64,000 nt of DNA from Promethearchaeati archaeon. GTDB lineage: Archaea; Asgardarchaeota; Heimdallarchaeia; Heimdallarchaeales; Heimdallarchaeaceae. The notes under the pieces are model-generated. The model saw only the letters and a list, made by a program, of their open reading frames with translations. It was not told the origin of the DNA and made no database searches. Made by a program: the position numbers and the translations under genes. Positions 61,176-64,000 of the stretch are shown here, piece by piece (the stretch's first letter is position 1; each line of letters starts with the position of its first letter). The DNA lies in assembly GCA_013166775.1 (NCBI GenBank), contig JABLTJ010000013.1, positions 14,916 to 78,915 of the forward strand, written 5' to 3'.

Positions 61176-61877
61176 ATGGATAAATTATTGGAAAAACTCT
61201 TGATTGCATCAATACTTATACAATTGCTTATTCTTCCTAATGTGTTCGTAGCTATTGGTGATCAACCAGTTATTGCTTCTAGGATCGCAGAGATCAGTGA
61301 AATTGCAATAATTGATCAAAATTATCGATCTAGTTCTACTCTATTTGGTATCAAAACCGATGTAGAGATTTTAAATAGGGGTGAGGAAAATCAAACAATA
61401 ACTGAATCAGTAGAACTTATTCCTAAAATCTTTATTAATGTATCATTTGTGGATAAATCCTTGAAACTTATTTCATTAGTATGGTGCCATGATATGTTTA
61501 TGCATTATTCCTATGCACCTGGTATCACTGTTGAATATGAATTTATTCAGTTTCATATTAATCAAACAGATCTTACTCAGCTTCCAGATGGTAACTATAC
61601 TCTCTGGAGACCTATACCTATAAATACAGATGTTCGACTTGGGAATGTTATAGGAGAAGCATTTCCAACAGTAATTAATGTAGATGGAGGAATATTGACT
61701 ATTATTTACCACAGTTTTTACTATACCTATCCTGAGGAGGTTAACACTGAGAGTAACAATACTGAGAACAACGGTACTGATGAGACAAACTTCTCACTCG
61801 CATTTCCCTTAGTTTGCATTTCCATTTTATCATATGCTAGCACTGTTTATTCAAGGAGAAGATCAAGAATTTCTTAA
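61176..61877 (+). CDS. hypothetical secreted protein with C-terminal TM anchor
   Basis: GGAGG RBS, signal peptide, Thr/Glu/Asn linker, TM plus RRR. Confidence 0.72.
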   Translation: MDKLLEKLLIASILIQLLILPNVFVAIGDQPVIASRIAEISEIAIIDQNYRSSSTLFGIKTDVEILNRGEENQTITESVELIPKIFINVSFVDKSLKLISLVWCHDMFMHYSYAPGITVEYEFIQFHINQTDLTQLPDGNYTLWRPIPINTDVRLGNVIGEAFPTVINVDGGILTIIYHSFYYTYPEEVNTESNNTENNGTDETNFSLAFPLVCISILSYASTVYSRRRSRIS

Positions 61878-62106
61878 AAAAACTACGATTATATCTGAAA
61901 ATTTCCATATTTATAGTATTTTTTTCTTTTTTTAATTTCTTTTTCTTTCCCAAAAACCAACCTTCTATTTTCCAGTCCTTAGCACAAATAATTTCATATT
62001 TGCAGGTTCTACATTTCTGTGAGTAAAAATTCCATTTAGAACAATTCCTGACTTTAGCTTTTTCAATTGTTGGTAGATTCTGATAAGTTAAATTAGCAGT
62101 ATTCAT
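61837..62106 (-). CDS. small Cys-rich hypothetical protein
   Basis: GGTGA RBS; C..(9)..CxxC.....C cluster; follows 62176..63453 on the same strand. Confidence 0.5.
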   Translation of the reverse strand: MNTANLTYQNLPTIEKAKVRNCSKWNFYSQKCRTCKYEIICAKDWKIEGWFLGKKKKLKKEKNTINMEIFRYNRSFFKKFLIFSLNKQC

Positions 62107-62175
62107 AATTTCACCATATTAAGATAATTCTGGAAAAAATATCCCACGTGGAGTAAAAAAAACTATAAGGTCCAC

Positions 62176-63453
62176 TTAACTACCATCCTTAAGTTTGTAG
62201 ATTCTCTTTCTAGCTCCCCTTCCCTTCCACTCTTCTTTGAGAGCTGTTATTTTACCTGAATCTACTAGCTTCCTGATATGATAATAGATCCGATCATAAT
62301 CTAGCTCTAAAGCTACTGCAAGATCTTGAAGAGTATAATTCTTTTCTTTAAGAAGATGTAAAATCCTTGTTTGCATGGATTCACTCCTAGCTTGATTGAC
62401 ACTAACAACTTTAAGAATCTGTATTTCTTCAACTAGAAAGTCACATTCTTTTTTCATATTACTATCATGGTCCAGAATAAAATCTGTTTGAGTATCCATT
62501 CTTTGAAGTAGTATTAAATTGTTAATAGCTAATTGTGATTGAAATTGAGCTATCTGATTAATATCTTTGGTATAATTGGAGAAATTAGAATCCAGTTGCT
62601 GAACAACATTTAGATTATAATCTAATACAGAATTGAGTTTTGAAATTCCTTGATTGTGAGATCTTATAAATTGATTCAATACAGTATTAGTTTTGTCAAA
62701 AACTGAACCTATTTTCAATTCTCTTGATGTTCTTTGAAGCTGCTTACTCATCCTATCTACAGGGATATCCATAAAGCTTAATTGAGCTTCTTTTCGCAAT
62801 CCTTCTTTCTTGTTATAAGCTGTTAATAGTAGGTTTTGAAAAGCTTGAACATTAATGCAATTAGCTCCTGCTATTCTCTGGAAATCTATATCGTTGTTTA
62901 AATCTAAATTGATTATCCTCATTTTATCACGACTGCAGCTGATTTCTTTCAATTGTAAAACTGTATCAATAACAGCTATCAAAGCATTGAATTGAAAATA
63001 GTCTAAAGCTTTCTTCCAACCACTACATTTGAGATCTATTCTAATGCTTTGAGTATTTTTGTAAAAATCGAATCTTATAGGATTTGAAAGATTCAAGAAG
63101 GTTACTTCTATTTTTTCATCCTTCTTAATTAAGATATCCCTGATCATTATCATTATGCGATGAATGAATAAGGATTCAACGGGATTGAAAAAAGAATCCA
63201 GCTCATAGGGAATCTGTTCTTTTGGTTCAGATTTAGAATAGTAATATAGATATGGTTTAGTTACTGTTCGAATTATAGAATAGTTGGAGTTTCTAGTTAA
63301 TCTTGTTAAGATCCTTCTAATACTTGAGGGATTAGCATCAGGATCAAGCTGTTTAATGGCTTTGACTATTTCACCACTAGTAAGTTTATGTTTAGCTTTG
63401 TGGATAGTGGAGATAATAGATCCAGTTAAGTTAATTTTAGTCAATAAAACCAA
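62176..63453 (-). CDS. multi-domain DNA-binding protein (N- and C-terminal winged HTH; central Rep-like region)
   Basis: LTSGEI...NPSSIRRILTRL; central LDLNND..AYNK...LRKE; C-terminal TLQDLAVAL...RIYYHIRKLVDSGKI...GRG.RKRIY. Confidence 0.65.
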   Translation of the reverse strand: MVLLTKINLTGSIISTIHKAKHKLTSGEIVKAIKQLDPDANPSSIRRILTRLTRNSNYSIIRTVTKPYLYYYSKSEPKEQIPYELDSFFNPVESLFIHRIMIMIRDILIKKDEKIEVTFLNLSNPIRFDFYKNTQSIRIDLKCSGWKKALDYFQFNALIAVIDTVLQLKEISCSRDKMRIINLDLNNDIDFQRIAGANCINVQAFQNLLLTAYNKKEGLRKEAQLSFMDIPVDRMSKQLQRTSRELKIGSVFDKTNTVLNQFIRSHNQGISKLNSVLDYNLNVVQQLDSNFSNYTKDINQIAQFQSQLAINNLILLQRMDTQTDFILDHDSNMKKECDFLVEEIQILKVVSVNQARSESMQTRILHLLKEKNYTLQDLAVALELDYDRIYYHIRKLVDSGKITALKEEWKGRGARKRIYKLKDGS

Positions 63454-63961
63454 CTCCTAGAAGATATATCAAATTGATGTATGGCTGAGTATACAAATTG
63501 AATACGCAGAATATAAGCTGAGTAAGCAAATTGCTGATGCAGGTGAAAGAAGAGCGACAAGCGACACAGACTGATAGGAAAAATGCCGCACTTTTTTTAA
63601 AAATTTTGTAGTTGCAAAATTCTTCAAAACTAAAGCCTGAGATTGAAAAATAGGCTAAATTGTGTTTGATAATTTTTAGATTCAGTTTTTCAAAAATATA
63701 GGCTGCTGAGACATTTTCTTGTCTCCACGTGGAGACTTTTTCCAAAATAATAAGAATAGACTTCCTTTTTAGAAGGTAGTGTTTCCAGTGGTAATACAGG
63801 TGAATAACAGCAGTAGAGCTTTTTAAATCCTTAATTTCTAATGGAAAAGCAATTTCATGTTTAGTAAAGTAATTATCTAAATAATAGAAATCAGAGGGAT
63901 GTTCACATTCTTGATTCAGCCTGAAAGATTGTTTCAAAGGCTGTTTTTCATTTCCCTGCAA
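63437..63961 (-). CDS. hypothetical protein (uncertain)
   Basis: 174-aa ORF with no motif; the C-terminal part looks non-coding-like. Confidence 0.3.
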   Translation of the reverse strand: MQGNEKQPLKQSFRLNQECEHPSDFYYLDNYFTKHEIAFPLEIKDLKSSTAVIHLYYHWKHYLLKRKSILIILEKVSTWRQENVSAAYIFEKLNLKIIKHNLAYFSISGFSFEEFCNYKIFKKSAAFFLSVCVACRSSFTCISNLLTQLIFCVFNLYTQPYINLIYLLGVGFID

Positions 63962-64000
63962 GCTAGAGCTAGAAAGGTGGAACTTCTTATAAGGAAGACA

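Larger units (their letters stand above)
58235..64000. mobile_element. decayed provirus/plasmid-like region, possibly extending beyond the window
   Basis: Cluster of RHH, BRO-like, AbrB remnant and HTH/Rep-like genes with gene fragments. No integrase, transposase or att site seen. Confidence 0.5.

Noticed and set aside
835-61712. Numerous 60-120 aa ORFs antisense to or nested within long genes (e.g. 835..1164, 7728..8081, 12435..12755, 49463..49822, 59522..59752)
   Set aside because: Shadow ORFs of well-supported genes, with no motifs or RBS support.

Overview
AT-rich (roughly 30% GC by eye), gene-dense prokaryotic DNA. Its content points to an archaeon, probably Asgard/Heimdallarchaeia-like; this is inference from the nurA-herA-mre11-rad50 operon, a geranylgeranyl reductase, kynureninase, many surface proteins with a C-terminal TM plus basic tail, and GTGA/GGAG-type RBSs. 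No rRNA, tRNA or CRISPR array was recognised. The best candidate for an undescribed system is at 18.85-22.66 kb. Three tandem paralogous 3-TM membrane proteins share an N-terminal leader-like motif and carry C-terminal RYG / MYG(+KYG) / DYD motifs. They sit directly upstream of a radical SAM/SPASM enzyme whose motifs resemble the tyramine-excising 'splicease' (PlpX-like) family, followed by a translationally coupled methyltransferase-TPR gene. Other notable items are a 1919-aa tandem-fused double UvrA with several altered ATPase motifs, a circularly permuted membrane-anchored family-5 solute-binding protein, and an expanded family of HExxH surface metallopeptidases with a mosaic fragment and an ATA start. 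The last 6 kb is a decayed mobile-element-like region (RHH, BRO-like, AbrB remnant, Rep-like HTH protein). All family assignments come from motif recognition by eye; no database searches were run.
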